In this document: positions 49,678 through 61,140 of the stretch, piece by piece | How the letters are laid out: each line of letters begins with the position of its first letter | How positions within the stretch are numbered: position 1 is the stretch's first letter | Origin: Nemertoderma westbladi | Taxonomy: Eukaryota; Animalia; Xenacoelomorpha | Direction of reading: 5' to 3' | Assembly (NCBI GenBank): GCA_032718475.1 | Contig: JAUCBJ010008807.1 | Coordinates: 7,736-71,735, forward strand | DNA length: 64,000 nt | The notes under the pieces: model-generated | Told to the model about the DNA's origin: nothing | Databases searched by the model: none | Seen by the model: the letters and a program-made list of their open reading frames with translations, nothing else | Position numbers and translations under genes: made by a program

Positions 49678-52600
49678 TTAAGTCGGGGAGTCCCTAGATG
49701 TTTGTTGGATTAGGGAGGTGGTCGTGGGAAGAGTATCTTGTCTCCCATAGTTTCCGGAGTGTTCTCTGTCTCTTTCCAGTAAACATAAACGTCCCACCGG
49801 GCGATTGAGCTGCTGCGTCTCGAAGACAATTCCCGGTTTCTTGAAGTTACGTCGCATGACGACGAGTTCTACCGATCGCACCAAACCGTCATCCGAGATG
49901 TGTGTCTCGATGATACGACCTGTCTGCCACCGCTTACGTGGAAGATCCACATCCACAATAAGCACCATGTCTCCAGCGCTGACGTTTTCTTGCTGCGCAA
50001 ACCACTTAGTTCGAAGTTGTAGTGTGGGCAGATAATGTTTTTCGAAATGGTCAGCGAAGCGACGGGATAACAACTGCATGAGTTGCCAAGTTTGTCGGCA
50101 GTATTCGTCTCCGTCTGTGATTTCCGATTGTGGGAGCATGGCTACAGGTTTCTTCAGTAGGAAGTGCGCGGGTGTTAGCGCTTCCAGGGAATCGGGACTC
50201 GATGAGACTGGCATAAGCGGTCTCTCGTTGAGATAGGCGGCGATTTCTTCCATTAACGTCCGCAAAAGTTCGTCGGTGAGATAAGCGCGGCAAGGCACTA
50301 TAAAATGAAATGCTGTCTTCACGCTTCTTATTAATCTCTCCCAACTTCCTCCCCACCAAGGGGCATCGGCGGCGTTGAAGGTCCAACTAGACGCTGTTAC
50401 TCGTAGTTGGTCGTCCACCTGTCTTTGGTTCCAATCTTTGACGTAAGCTTTGATTTCATTGTTGGCACCAATGAAGTTTGTTCCCTTATCAGATCTCATC
50501 GTGTTACTAGTGCCAAAGCGAGCGATCTGTCGTCGTAAGCTTAATAGAAAGCTGTTGGTAGATAAATCGTTCACCATATCGAGATGGATGGCTCTACAAG
50601 TCATACAAACAAAGATTACACACCATCTCTTGACTATAGTCCTAGCACGATATACTTCAATAGGGCCAAATAAATCCACACCGGTATTAGTAAAGGGTGG
50701 TTCATAAAAGCTTACTCGTTCCCTAGGTAATTCTGCCTCTCTCTGTGTTAAAGGCCTACTGAATGCTTTCCTACAGGGTATACAGTTCCTAAGAACTTGG
50801 TTCAGAGCTCTACGGGGTTTATAAAAATAATAGCGAGTTCGAATTTCGCTAAGAACTCGTTCTCTACCAGCATGATAAAGTTTGCTGTGAACATCTACAA
50901 TCATCTTGACTTGTATTTCAAGATTTCTAATGAGTATGGGGAACTTAGTATCAAAGGATAATGGTGCATTCGTTAACCTTCCTCCAACACGTATCAACCC
51001 ATCTATCATTGTACTAGAGAAACGATCCCTTAAGCGCATCTGTGGATTTCTCAACAACAGGAAATACTTATCGGAATCTTCATAGCATTGTAAGAGTCTC
51101 AGCATCTGTTTGTTGGTTTCTTCATGCTCCTGATAACTGATCTTCTCCTTCAGAAACTTGTCGGGTACCTTATATTTAGGGAGGTCTTTAATAACATGGA
51201 CCTGCACTGATATGATTGGATCGGTATCACCCTTTGTTTTCATCCCAGAGTAGTGATGGTGAAAACATCTCTTTAAATATGTAACGGCCTTACAAAGCCG
51301 ATTCCAAGAACTGTAGTGATGTATCGCTCTCTGCAGAAGAGGTGAGAGTCCTTGCGAGATGTCAGGTATACCAGATTTCCAATCCATATCACGGATTTCC
51401 ACAACGAGTTTATTTGTGGCTGTGGGTTTCTGATCCAAAGCTTCGTCTCCGGAAGTATGTAGTACAGACAGATCTACTGTGGGTTTGAATAACTTCGATT
51501 TACTCGCCTGAGTTTTAGGTTTGACTTTCTCCGCTCCCTTGGCCTGTCTAATTTCTGCTGTAGTAAGATGAGGAGGCCATTCTTCTTCTTCTTTGTAGAG
51601 GAAGTCGGGTCCACCTAACCAGTCTGGAGTATCTACCAGTTCTTGTGGGGTTGCTCCCCTGGAAGCGATGTCTGCTGGATTAATCGTTCCGGGGCAATGT
51701 CTCCATTGATCCATCGTCGTGCGACTGAGTATAATAGCTACTCTGTTGGTAACGAAGACGCTGAACTGACAGACTTCATTGGTTATATACTCCAACACGA
51801 GTAAAGCGTCGGTCCAATAGACAGTTTTCTCCAGGGGATAGTCGATCTGTTCTGTTACATTCCGGCCGATGGCTGTAGCGTATAGAGCCGCTTTTAACTC
51901 CGCTCGAGGAACTTTCAACTTTTTGTTTATTAATGCCTTAGAGGTAACCAAGGCGACCTTAATTCCGTCCGGAGTTTCCACCCTTAGGTAGGCTACTATA
52001 CCGATTCCCATATCGCTGGCGTCTCCAAACACATGGAGTTGATATGAATACGTAGGGAGAACATGACCAAAATATGAACGGGAAATTATGAAGTTTTCGA
52101 TGGCTGGTAGAGAATCTTCCCATTTCATCCATTTCTTTAATAATTCTCCCTTAAGTGGATCGTCCCATGAGTGGTTTTCAAGCCACATTTGTTGTACTAA
52201 ACTCCGAGCAATCAATATAACTGGGCTAATAAATCCCAATGGATCGAAATAAGTGCTCAGGATACTTAAACAAATCCGTTTAGTTCGAACTGGATTATCT
52301 CGCTGTTTTAGTTGGAAAAACAGGATATCTCTTTCTGTGTCCCATTTCAAACCAAGGGTCTTAGTTTCTGGGAGATCATCCTTTATTAGATCTAGGTCTT
52401 TTGCTCCTCGATCTTCTACCGGGATCGACTCCAGAAACTCACGGGAGTTGCTGGTGAATTTAGTTAATCTAAATCCACCTTTCTTTAAACATGCTACCGT
52501 TCCTTTAGCGACCTCAATGGCTTCTTCGACTGATGGAAGGGACTTCAGATTATCGTCCATGTAGATGTCTCGTTTGATATTGTCGATCACTTCTTTAGAG

Positions 52601-54063
52601 AAGGCGTCTCGGTTGTCATCCGCAGTGGTGCGCACCACGGAACAGGCGTTTGAAGGGCTCGAGATTATCCCAAAAGCCTGGATGGTCATCCAGTACTCCA
52701 CCGGTTTCTGGTTGAGGTCTCCTTCAGGCCACCACAAAAATCGTAGGCTATCTCGATCCCTATCCAGCGCTTTGACTTTTAAGAACATGCCTTCTATATC
52801 TGAGGCGAAAGCAATGGAGTATTGTCTTAACCTTAATAATATTCCCAACAAGGATTGGAGTAAGTTGGGTCCGGGTAACAATTCAGAATTAAGAGATTGG
52901 CCCATATAAAGGGCGGAACCGTCAAACACCACTCGTACTTCATGGGGTTTACCGGGTTTGGGAACGTAATGGTGAGTTAAGTAATACGTTCTCTCAGTTA
53001 TGGGTGTTTCTTCCGGTACTAGCTCCGCATATCCCTTGCTAATAAACTTCTTCAACTGCGTTTGATACATTTCTTTAGCTGAAGAATTTGCCGTAAGGCG
53101 TCGATGTAGTTGAGCAATTCTTTTCTCCGCCAAAGGTCTGTTGTTAATGAACTTTGGTTCTCGCTTTCGGAAAGGAAGTCCGATCTCATACCTACCTTGA
53201 TCTTTAAGAAAACGAGTAGTTGTCGCTTGGATCTGCTTGGCTCTTTCTTCCTCCACCGATAGGGCCTTATCGTAGGAGTTGGGCTCTACGACCTCTTGAG
53301 TAAAGAATCTCACGGCGTGTTCATCTCGAGTCTTGGCATTATAACGTTCAATGACGTCATTAAGCTCGTCGTTATAGTCATCTCGCTCGGATGGGAGAAG
53401 GAGTTGACATAAGTTCACTTGATTTTGCCAAGTCTCGCTTTCCTTAAGGAGATCGATGGCATTCTCCTCATCAAAAAGTTGATGTATATCGTCGTTGTCT
53501 GAGGAGTATGGAGTTCCCTCAGTTGGATCGTCGAACTCACTGTTCTCAACTTCCCATTCTCGTGCTTGATATACCTGCTCTTTAGGTAATCTTTCCATTA
53601 GAGTTCTACGGGAAGGGCCAGTAAAGTACCAACCTACTCTAGTTCTTCCCGCATAAACTTGTAGAGGTTGCGGTTGAGCAGGTCGTTTCTCTAATGTCTC
53701 GAGCGCTTCATGCGCATTTTGACCGATGAGTATTTGCACTCCAGGATAATCTGTCTGGAATCGAGGTATCTTAAGATGTTGGATGCTCTCATCCTCGTCC
53801 CAATTATAAAGGTCTGCTTGAGTAGTAGCGAAGTTCTTTATAGCCACCATTTTCACTGACCTTATGCTATGTTCTCCTAGTTCGTCCTGGGGGGTGGACA
53901 ACGCACCTACATAATAATCCGCGGTTACTGTGGATTTCCAAACTTGCATAATTCCTGACATGTTTAGCTTAGTTCGGAACTTGGGTTGTCCAGCGAATAT
54001 GTCTTCGGCTAGCTCTTTGTCGATGAATGTTCCTGTACTACCGGAGTCAAGGAGGGCATTCAC
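49678..54063 (-). CDS. pol: BEL/Pao Pol (protease-RT-RNase H-integrase), 1461 aa uninterrupted
   Basis: ALLDSGS, VRVVFDGS, DIEGMF, YMDD, VFGDAS, HHCC zinc motif, TGVDLFGP, SDKGTNF, WERLI and RTKW. Confidence 0.95.
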   Translation of the reverse strand: MNALLDSGSTGTFIDKELAEDIFAGQPKFRTKLNMSGIMQVWKSTVTADYYVGALSTPQDELGEHSIRSVKMVAIKNFATTQADLYNWDEDESIQHLKIPRFQTDYPGVQILIGQNAHEALETLEKRPAQPQPLQVYAGRTRVGWYFTGPSRRTLMERLPKEQVYQAREWEVENSEFDDPTEGTPYSSDNDDIHQLFDEENAIDLLKESETWQNQVNLCQLLLPSERDDYNDELNDVIERYNAKTRDEHAVRFFTQEVVEPNSYDKALSVEEERAKQIQATTTRFLKDQGRYEIGLPFRKREPKFINNRPLAEKRIAQLHRRLTANSSAKEMYQTQLKKFISKGYAELVPEETPITERTYYLTHHYVPKPGKPHEVRVVFDGSALYMGQSLNSELLPGPNLLQSLLGILLRLRQYSIAFASDIEGMFLKVKALDRDRDSLRFLWWPEGDLNQKPVEYWMTIQAFGIISSPSNACSVVRTTADDNRDAFSKEVIDNIKRDIYMDDNLKSLPSVEEAIEVAKGTVACLKKGGFRLTKFTSNSREFLESIPVEDRGAKDLDLIKDDLPETKTLGLKWDTERDILFFQLKQRDNPVRTKRICLSILSTYFDPLGFISPVILIARSLVQQMWLENHSWDDPLKGELLKKWMKWEDSLPAIENFIISRSYFGHVLPTYSYQLHVFGDASDMGIGIVAYLRVETPDGIKVALVTSKALINKKLKVPRAELKAALYATAIGRNVTEQIDYPLEKTVYWTDALLVLEYITNEVCQFSVFVTNRVAIILSRTTMDQWRHCPGTINPADIASRGATPQELVDTPDWLGGPDFLYKEEEEWPPHLTTAEIRQAKGAEKVKPKTQASKSKLFKPTVDLSVLHTSGDEALDQKPTATNKLVVEIRDMDWKSGIPDISQGLSPLLQRAIHHYSSWNRLCKAVTYLKRCFHHHYSGMKTKGDTDPIISVQVHVIKDLPKYKVPDKFLKEKISYQEHEETNKQMLRLLQCYEDSDKYFLLLRNPQMRLRDRFSSTMIDGLIRVGGRLTNAPLSFDTKFPILIRNLEIQVKMIVDVHSKLYHAGRERVLSEIRTRYYFYKPRRALNQVLRNCIPCRKAFSRPLTQREAELPRERVSFYEPPFTNTGVDLFGPIEVYRARTIVKRWCVIFVCMTCRAIHLDMVNDLSTNSFLLSLRRQIARFGTSNTMRSDKGTNFIGANNEIKAYVKDWNQRQVDDQLRVTASSWTFNAADAPWWGGSWERLIRSVKTAFHFIVPCRAYLTDELLRTLMEEIAAYLNERPLMPVSSSPDSLEALTPAHFLLKKPVAMLPQSEITDGDEYCRQTWQLMQLLSRRFADHFEKHYLPTLQLRTKWFAQQENVSAGDMVLIVDVDLPRKRWQTGRIIETHISDDGLVRSVELVVMRRNFKKPGIVFETQQLNRPVGRLCLLERDREHSGNYGRQDTLPTTTSLIQQTSRDSPT

Positions 54064-57000
54064 TACATTACTCCTGTTTGGTGAATGTTATCCCGAATAT
54101 ATGCAAAATCAATGCATAATCTCCTCTCTTGCGACATTTTTCCACTCTGCACATCTTGGGTCAGACCCCTATGGTCTGATAAGTAAACAAATGGATACGA
54201 ATAATGCGTTAGTGAATGAAGAAAGACATGCAAGTATCCTCCCAAATCGACACCTTCAACAAGTGAAAAGGTCTCAGCAGATAATGTACTCTTTGTTACC
54301 CGCTTTGTGCAGCGACTGCACCAATATATCAAATGACATCCCCAAAAAATACAGATACCCATCCTAGATGGATTGCCAAATGAAGAATCTGTAAATATAT
54401 ATAAAGATTCCAGTTTGTCATTAGTAGTAGGGAATTTGATGGTAATTATTTCGCATTTCAATTTTCTGACAATTTTGTGCAAGCTACAAATATCATTAAG
54501 CGTTGGTTGCTGAATCTGTGATAAGGTTCCCACAAAAAAGGCTATGTCGGGACGAGTGTTAGTGGATATCCACATCAATTTCCCAAGCAGTGATTTGAAG
54601 TAATGGTATATATCCTTGGATTCTGAATTCTGAAAGGATTCCATGCTTGAACAGGACAAAGATTGAATGAAAGGATCTTGAGAAATTTCGAATCCACCAT
54701 ATTCCATTGTACGTACGAAAACACCAAGAAATTTTACCCAATTACAACTGACATCTGTTATCTTTCCAACACTGAGATTTGATTGGATTCCATCAATAAA
54801 TGTAGATGATATTTCACTGCTTCCTGCTATTGCTATATCATCGACATGTGTGGCAATGATTGCAATTAGATTGTCTTCTACTGACATTAAGGAATACATA
54901 GCAGGGTCTAGTTTGTTTTGTTGACATCCTAGTTTCTCTAATTCACTTTTAAGTTTAACAAACCAATGTCGTGATGCATCCTGTAAACCATAAATTGACT
55001 TCTTCAATTTCCAGTATACACATCTCTTGTTCTCTCTCAAATATTCTTCTGGTGGAATCACATAAACAATCCTCTCATCCGGTAATTTGCCATTCTGTAA
55101 GAATGCACGTTTTATATCCACTATCCATAATTTCCAGTTCAATCTAGCAGCAACTGAAAGCAAAGTCCGTATTGACATCTTCTCACATGTTGGTGCAAAG
55201 GATATAGGAGTATCATTATCTTGAAACCCTTTGGCTACAAGGCGAGCCTTTATAGTTTGAATACTATCAACATATTTTAAGTCAATTACCCATCTTGTTG
55301 ATACAATATTGGCATTAGGTGATAATTCACTCTCATCAACTTCAGTATATACATTATTATCCAGCCAATTGGAGAGTTCTTTTTCTTTTGCCTCAGCTAC
55401 CTCACAACTATATTCTTCTTGTATTTTCTTGTCAATGTTATTCTGTGAAATATGACCGGCAGAGTAGCCATATCGCTCAGGTGGTTTATGTACTCGGCGG
55501 GGATATTGCTTTCTATCTACAATTGGCTCTGTGTGTTCTTCATCATTCCGACAATCTTCCATAGTATTACTAGAATTCATAGACTGCAAGTTAGAGATAG
55601 GAGTATTCACACTATCATTAGTCATTTCATTGTCTGACAAGGGATGTAAATTCAAGCTACTGCTATAATTAGCAGTATCTTGGATATCATTGGTTTCTCT
55701 CTCATTAGTATCATTGCTATAGCTGCCATGATCTTGTATAAGATGTTCTGAGTGTACTATTTCATCATCTTCAATGTATTGGCAGGGTTCTGATAGTAAA
55801 TCCTCTTTACTATCAGCTGATGGACTCTCATTTGAAACATATTGATTATAATAACCATTATCAATTCGTATTTTGGATCTATGGGTTCGTATGTATTTCG
55901 AGCCATGAGCTACTAATATTTCGGCTCCATTTATCCCAACTACTTTCGCTGGACCACACCATTTTTCATCCTGATAAGAAAAATAGTATACTTTATCACC
56001 CATAGAAATGCCTTTATTCGTAGGTCTTACATTCTTTAATAATGCTCTCCGGATCCTAGTTGATGAATCCGCTTTTGCAAATTCTATTCGAACCTGATTC
56101 AGTAATGCTATATGATCAATAGCAGACTTACTTATTGAAGTAGCATTGTCTAATGCACTTATATTATCAGTAAGTATATTTCCTATATTTGGCCCTCTGC
56201 CAAACATTATTTGATGTGGTGAAAATCCATTATTAGCAGGCCAGGCATTTTTAACAAAGGAAGCCATTTGCAAAATCTTATAATCTTTATAAGTTGGATT
56301 TTCCATCTTTATCCTTTGATATATTTCCTTGATGAGGCCATTATGACGCTCGGTCATACCATTGCTAAATGGTGAGTATGGGGCAGTTACCTCGTGAAAG
56401 ACATTGAGTTTGTTGCAGAATTCTGTGAAACTAAGGGCACTGAATTCTCCACCATTATCACTCCTCATTACTCTGTTTGGAGGTCCAAATATAAGGCACC
56501 ATTTATCAAGAATTGCAATTTGAACAGATTCTGAGAGTTTATTAGGTAATAAGACAGTCATGCTAAATCTTGAAAATAAATCAATTATGTGTAACACAGG
56601 TTTAGTGATGGACAGAAAGAAAAGGTCAAGTCCGATTACATCATTAGTAGTATTGGCTACAGGTAACCCCACAATAGGATTACTAGGCTTTCTGCCAATA
56701 CATTTGCATGTTTCGCAACTGTTGGTGACTTGTTGCACAATGTCATTGTAATTGTTGCCACAGTTGCCTATAGAATCTTTAATTAATTTTATTAATATTT
56801 CCTTTCGAGGGTGTGCAAACTGTTTATGTAACTTTGATACATCTGCATAGGAAAGCTGTATTTTATCAGGTTTAGAATTATAAGTTAGTAATTCATTTGC
56901 CTCAGATTGATCTTTTGTGTGTATGGTTGTAGAATAACTAGAAGAAGGTGGTGAGATATTAATAGCACTATGACCTGATGATAATTCCATAAGGTGAATT

Positions 57001-58316
57001 TGTTTGCCATTAACAAAAGCCATGTTTTCTTTAACATGTAATATCATATCTAACTTTGCCAGTGTTGGTCTAGAGAGCAATAGCGGTAAAGGGCCTTTCA
57101 CTAGGTCAACCGAAAATTTATAAAATTTACCTACAATAGGTATTTCAATAATATAATTTTCTTCAGCCAACCTGGTTTCTCCTCCACCAAATACATAGGT
57201 TACATTCGTTTTTGAAGGGACAGGATCAACAGAATATATTTGTTTGAAGTTGTTGAACCAATTGTCTCCCATTACAGTTTTGGTACAAGCTGTATCCAAT
57301 ATTGCAAATATGTTTGTGTCATATTTGTTTATGCAGTTCCTTTCCTCATATGCATGTTGATGAAATACATGCTGCAAGAGGAAAACATCTTCTGTATCAT
57401 TATAGGTATTGCTATTGCCAGTATCAATATTGTCTTTAACTGCTAAGGTTTCGTTATCATCATGAGGACATGCCTGAGATTGATGTAGGATTGACTCACA
57501 AATGTTACAACTAACTCTGTGTGGACAATCTCGTTGAAAGTGTCTAGTAGAATCGCATATTCTACAACGATTTTGAGCACTTGGTCCCTTAGGCTTACTT
57601 AAAGGTGTAGGCAACATTTGACTGTTGTATGGTTTTGATTTAAATTTATTAGGGATGTACCCCGTTCCACCTGTATAAGGTTTACTGGCAGAAGTGAACT
57701 TCCTAGGGTTGGTTCCCCAAAGGGCTGATTCAGGCCCTTCATTGTCATGTATTTCTAATGTAGTACTTGTGTTCACATTGTCTGAACCAATATCAGACAT
57801 CATTCGTAGAAGATGTTTCTTAACATCTTTGAATTCTAGTTTAGTAGTAGCTAATATTATTTTGCGCTCAGCTGGTGTAAGATTAGCTTTGTGTATTAAC
57901 TCTGCTGCCAAAATAGCATCATTAAAATTTAAGTCAAATTCAGCAAGATGACAAACACATGTTTCAAATTTAACTATATAATCTCTTATACTGATGCCAT
58001 GATTTCTTGTAAAATTTCGAAATTTTATAAATGTTTCATATGCATCCTCCTCCCGTTCCTTTTTGAAAGTTTTATCTAATTCTGATAAAAGTATATCAAT
58101 GCCATCATCAACTTGCAAAGTGGCTATGTTTAAATCAAGAGCTTTATCTTTAGCTAATCCCTTCAGGTTAAGTATGACAGTGAGTGCCTGCTTATTCTTT
58201 GCAGTTTCAGTTATTGTTTTCCATACTATTAACTCCTTTTTCCATCTTCTGTAACTCCCAGTTTCAGAGTTAAATTGGGGTGGTGGAATTCTGCCATGCC
58301 CGGCAGAAGTTGCCAT
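54063..58316 (-). CDS. Copia (GalEa-like) Gag-Pol, 1417 aa, truncated in RNase H
   Basis: Two CCHC knuckles, ILDTAC protease, integrase (GLDLF, SDNGGEF, NGMTERHN) before RT (KARLVAKGF, YGLQDA, HVDD), then FTDSS RNase H. The terminal ADxLTK motif is missing. Confidence 0.93.
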   Translation of the reverse strand: MATSAGHGRIPPPQFNSETGSYRRWKKELIVWKTITETAKNKQALTVILNLKGLAKDKALDLNIATLQVDDGIDILLSELDKTFKKEREEDAYETFIKFRNFTRNHGISIRDYIVKFETCVCHLAEFDLNFNDAILAAELIHKANLTPAERKIILATTKLEFKDVKKHLLRMMSDIGSDNVNTSTTLEIHDNEGPESALWGTNPRKFTSASKPYTGGTGYIPNKFKSKPYNSQMLPTPLSKPKGPSAQNRCRICDSTRHFQRDCPHRVSCNICESILHQSQACPHDDNETLAVKDNIDTGNSNTYNDTEDVFLLQHVFHQHAYEERNCINKYDTNIFAILDTACTKTVMGDNWFNNFKQIYSVDPVPSKTNVTYVFGGGETRLAEENYIIEIPIVGKFYKFSVDLVKGPLPLLLSRPTLAKLDMILHVKENMAFVNGKQIHLMELSSGHSAINISPPSSSYSTTIHTKDQSEANELLTYNSKPDKIQLSYADVSKLHKQFAHPRKEILIKLIKDSIGNCGNNYNDIVQQVTNSCETCKCIGRKPSNPIVGLPVANTTNDVIGLDLFFLSITKPVLHIIDLFSRFSMTVLLPNKLSESVQIAILDKWCLIFGPPNRVMRSDNGGEFSALSFTEFCNKLNVFHEVTAPYSPFSNGMTERHNGLIKEIYQRIKMENPTYKDYKILQMASFVKNAWPANNGFSPHQIMFGRGPNIGNILTDNISALDNATSISKSAIDHIALLNQVRIEFAKADSSTRIRRALLKNVRPTNKGISMGDKVYYFSYQDEKWCGPAKVVGINGAEILVAHGSKYIRTHRSKIRIDNGYYNQYVSNESPSADSKEDLLSEPCQYIEDDEIVHSEHLIQDHGSYSNDTNERETNDIQDTANYSSSLNLHPLSDNEMTNDSVNTPISNLQSMNSSNTMEDCRNDEEHTEPIVDRKQYPRRVHKPPERYGYSAGHISQNNIDKKIQEEYSCEVAEAKEKELSNWLDNNVYTEVDESELSPNANIVSTRWVIDLKYVDSIQTIKARLVAKGFQDNDTPISFAPTCEKMSIRTLLSVAARLNWKLWIVDIKRAFLQNGKLPDERIVYVIPPEEYLRENKRCVYWKLKKSIYGLQDASRHWFVKLKSELEKLGCQQNKLDPAMYSLMSVEDNLIAIIATHVDDIAIAGSSEISSTFIDGIQSNLSVGKITDVSCNWVKFLGVFVRTMEYGGFEISQDPFIQSLSCSSMESFQNSESKDIYHYFKSLLGKLMWISTNTRPDIAFFVGTLSQIQQPTLNDICSLHKIVRKLKCEIITIKFPTTNDKLESLYIFTDSSFGNPSRMGICIFWGCHLIYWCSRCTKRVTKSTLSAETFSLVEGVDLGGYLHVFLHSLTHYSYPFVYLSDHRGLTQDVQSGKMSQERRLCIDFAYIRDNIHQTGVM

Positions 58317-59021
58317 AATTGTTTTTTTTTTAATTTTTAAAGTAGACTACAGGACTACACTGCTATACTACAGTGGGGAGATTGCTAGAGCCATAATTGA
58401 TAATGCCCTAGGCCTGGGAAGGTTTTAGTTCAAGAAACCAGTACCGGTACCGGTAGTCTATCAGACCTAATTTTGTTTTTTACCGGAATATATCTACATT
58501 TGCGCCATCACGCATTCATTGTACAGTTGTATTGCGCCATCACGCTTTCATTCTGTCATTGTATTGCGCCATCACGCTTTCATTCTGTCATTGTATTGCG
58601 CCATCACGCTTTCATTGATTGCTATATTGCGCCATCACGCACCCTACGCATTCATATATTCAGATATTGCAGTATTGCGCCATCACGCTTTAATAGGCCT
58701 ACATTAATACCGGCTGACCGGTATTACTGTATTAAATTCAGCATCAGCAGTACCGTCAACGTCAACTCAACTCAACACACAAGGCTAGTTGATTAAACTG
58801 TAAACACTGGCAGACTGGGTTGTTTCAGTCAATGCAGTAATGCCAGAATACTCTGCTACCATTGTTAAAGTAGAAAGATACCGGTACCTGCTGACCTGGT
58901 AGGTACAGCTGTACAGTGGTGCTTGCATATAATGAAGAACACATACAGACTCAAACACGGTACTAGCACAAACTATAAAACAGTAACTAGACAAAAGACA
59001 CATACAGTAAATAATATAACA
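54070..59021 (-). mobile_element. GalEa-clade Ty1/Copia inserted into BEL gag; 3' LTR deleted
   Basis: 5' LTR 58863-59021 (TGTTA...TAACA). PBS TGGTAGCAGAG (58861-58851, tRNA-iMet). The insertion interrupts the third BEL zinc knuckle. Confidence 0.9.
58495..58690. repeat. 32-bp tandem repeat in the Copia 5' UTR
   Basis: tgcgccatcacgc at 58501, 58533, 58565, 58597, 58628 and 58676. Confidence 0.9.
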
Positions 59022-61140
59022 CTTGGCACATCTTGTGTCAGAGTAACAGGTTCGCCGTTGGTGTCCTTGTCTGAGGCAATTATAGCACAACCGCTTGTCC
59101 CACATGACTTCACGTCTCTCAGTTAATGATTTCTTTAGAAATTCATCACACATATTTAAGCGATGGGTCCCATCACATAGCGCACATTTCGGTTTGATGT
59201 TACTCACCTTACTCTGAGTCACATTGTGTACACTTGCTTTTTCTTCGGGCTTTCTCACCTGAATTCTCTTGGGAGACGTAGGAGGGGTTTTTCTTACCTG
59301 TTCTCTCCTGTCATTTGTTCGAGACTTGAATTTACTTACCTGATCTTTAGGCATTTTATTTACGTAATAAGATCTATCGGTGTCTTTCCCGCTATCTTCT
59401 CCTTGAGAAGTCTGGCTTTCGCCGTCGTCTGTATAACACACTGGTGTTACCTTTCTCCTAGCGACGGGTTTTTCACTTACCTTGTTTTCCGGTGTCTTCT
59501 CTCTGGACAGTTTCAGGAGCTGTAATTTCACTTCTCCATCTAGGAATGACATGAGATCAGCCATGGTAGGGTCTCGTCGTTGTTGTTCCATCATATATAA
59601 CACTTTCTTATCCCAGCGTTTACCTACTCCACCCTTCGGTAAAGTAGAAGCCACTGCTCTAATAACCATAGTATTCTGATACTCATGAGACTTACCTAGC
59701 CAATCTAATTGTCTGCAGATCTCCTGAATCTCGTCTGAAAACTCTATAATTCCGCTGCTAATAAACTTTCGGGGCGCTACCAACTTTGCATACAAATACC
59801 CAGCTATGTTATTCCTATTACCATACCTGATGTTTAGTGTATCCCAAACTTGTCTTAATCCGTCTGGATGTCCAATAAACTTTAACGCCATTAACTTGGG
59901 AGATCCTTCCAAGCACTCGATGAGGAATCTAAGTTTCTCTCCATTAGATAGCACAGAGTTCTGTATGTTATCTTTGTAATATTCATTAAAAGGTAACCAT
60001 TTCATCTCATCTCCATTAAACTTGACGATCTCTCCCACCTTTACCGCTTGCCGGGCTTCGGTTCTAGCCATTTGACGCGTAAAACTTTCTTGGGCCATCG
60101 TGTTATTGAATATCGAGTTATCGGTATATAAATTTCTCGGATTATGATCCGGTCTATAGGGAATATCATTATCAACAGGTCTATAATTACCCTTAATAGG
60201 GTTCACTATAGGAGTTTCTACTTCGCTAGCAGTATAAATGCGTGTAGGCTCCACACCTTGCGCATGAGATACTTCAGACCTAACAGGTTGACACATTGTT
60301 ACAGGGGGTGGTGGTATACCCTTTTGTGTATTTACTAATTTATCGCGTTCTAGCGCGATACTTTGCTGCACTTCTTGCAACTCTAGCCTACTTTCCCTTA
60401 CTGTGCCCTTGAATTGCTGAACGGTCTCCTGCATCTGTCCGAGCAGGAGATCCATCCCCCGTCGTCTCTCATCCACCCATTCAACCGCCGAAGCGGGATT
60501 CGCCAACGTTGTAGCGGGCGGACGAGGGACAACGGGCGACAAATCATGGATATTTCGCTCAGAGTCCAGGGCATGAACTGTCTCACGGACTGTTCTGCTG
60601 GGCACAGGTAGCTTAGTGCTGTGCAAAGGGAATTGAGAGGTAGGTTCAGGGAGTACAGGTGTCTCTACAACCGAAAGGGTGGCTTCGGGAACAGGCCTAA
60701 TTATTTCAGGCTCATCTACTATAGTAGGGAGTCTCTCTATTGTAATTATTTGGTCTGTGGGTTCTGTACTACCTAAGTTGGTGTTATTTAGTTGCCTTCT
60801 AACAGCTGGAGGCAAATCAGGCAATTTCTGACGTTGGAATGTTCTTTTACGTCTGCTTAAGTGAGATCTATTTCCTTTGCCTTCAGTATCGGTGGTATCG
60901 CCTTCCTCAGATGATGTATATCCCTGTCTTTTGGGAGTAGATCGATTCATCATCTGCATATTACTAGCTGTTAACTGTTTATTTATGCAGTCTTGATTCT
61001 CCTGAATATTTTCCAATTCTAATTGGGCGATCTCTTCAGCCGCTATCCGTTCTGCTTCTGCCGCTGCCATTTCCGCTTTTCTTTCCATTTCAGCTGCTTT
61101 TCTTTTCGCTTCTGCTGCTGCCACCTTTCTTTCCGCTTCG
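59022..61140 (-). CDS. gag: BEL Gag, 3' part (capsid-like region and Cys/His knuckles)
   Basis: FNGDEMKWLPF...LSNGEKLRFLIECLEG (DUF1759-type), CALCDGTHRLNMC, CYNCLRQGHQRRTC. Confidence 0.9.

Noticed and set aside
58785-59021. Hydrophobic C-terminal tail of the 779-aa Gag ORF
   Set aside because: It is read-through into the inserted Copia LTR and PBS, not Gag sequence.
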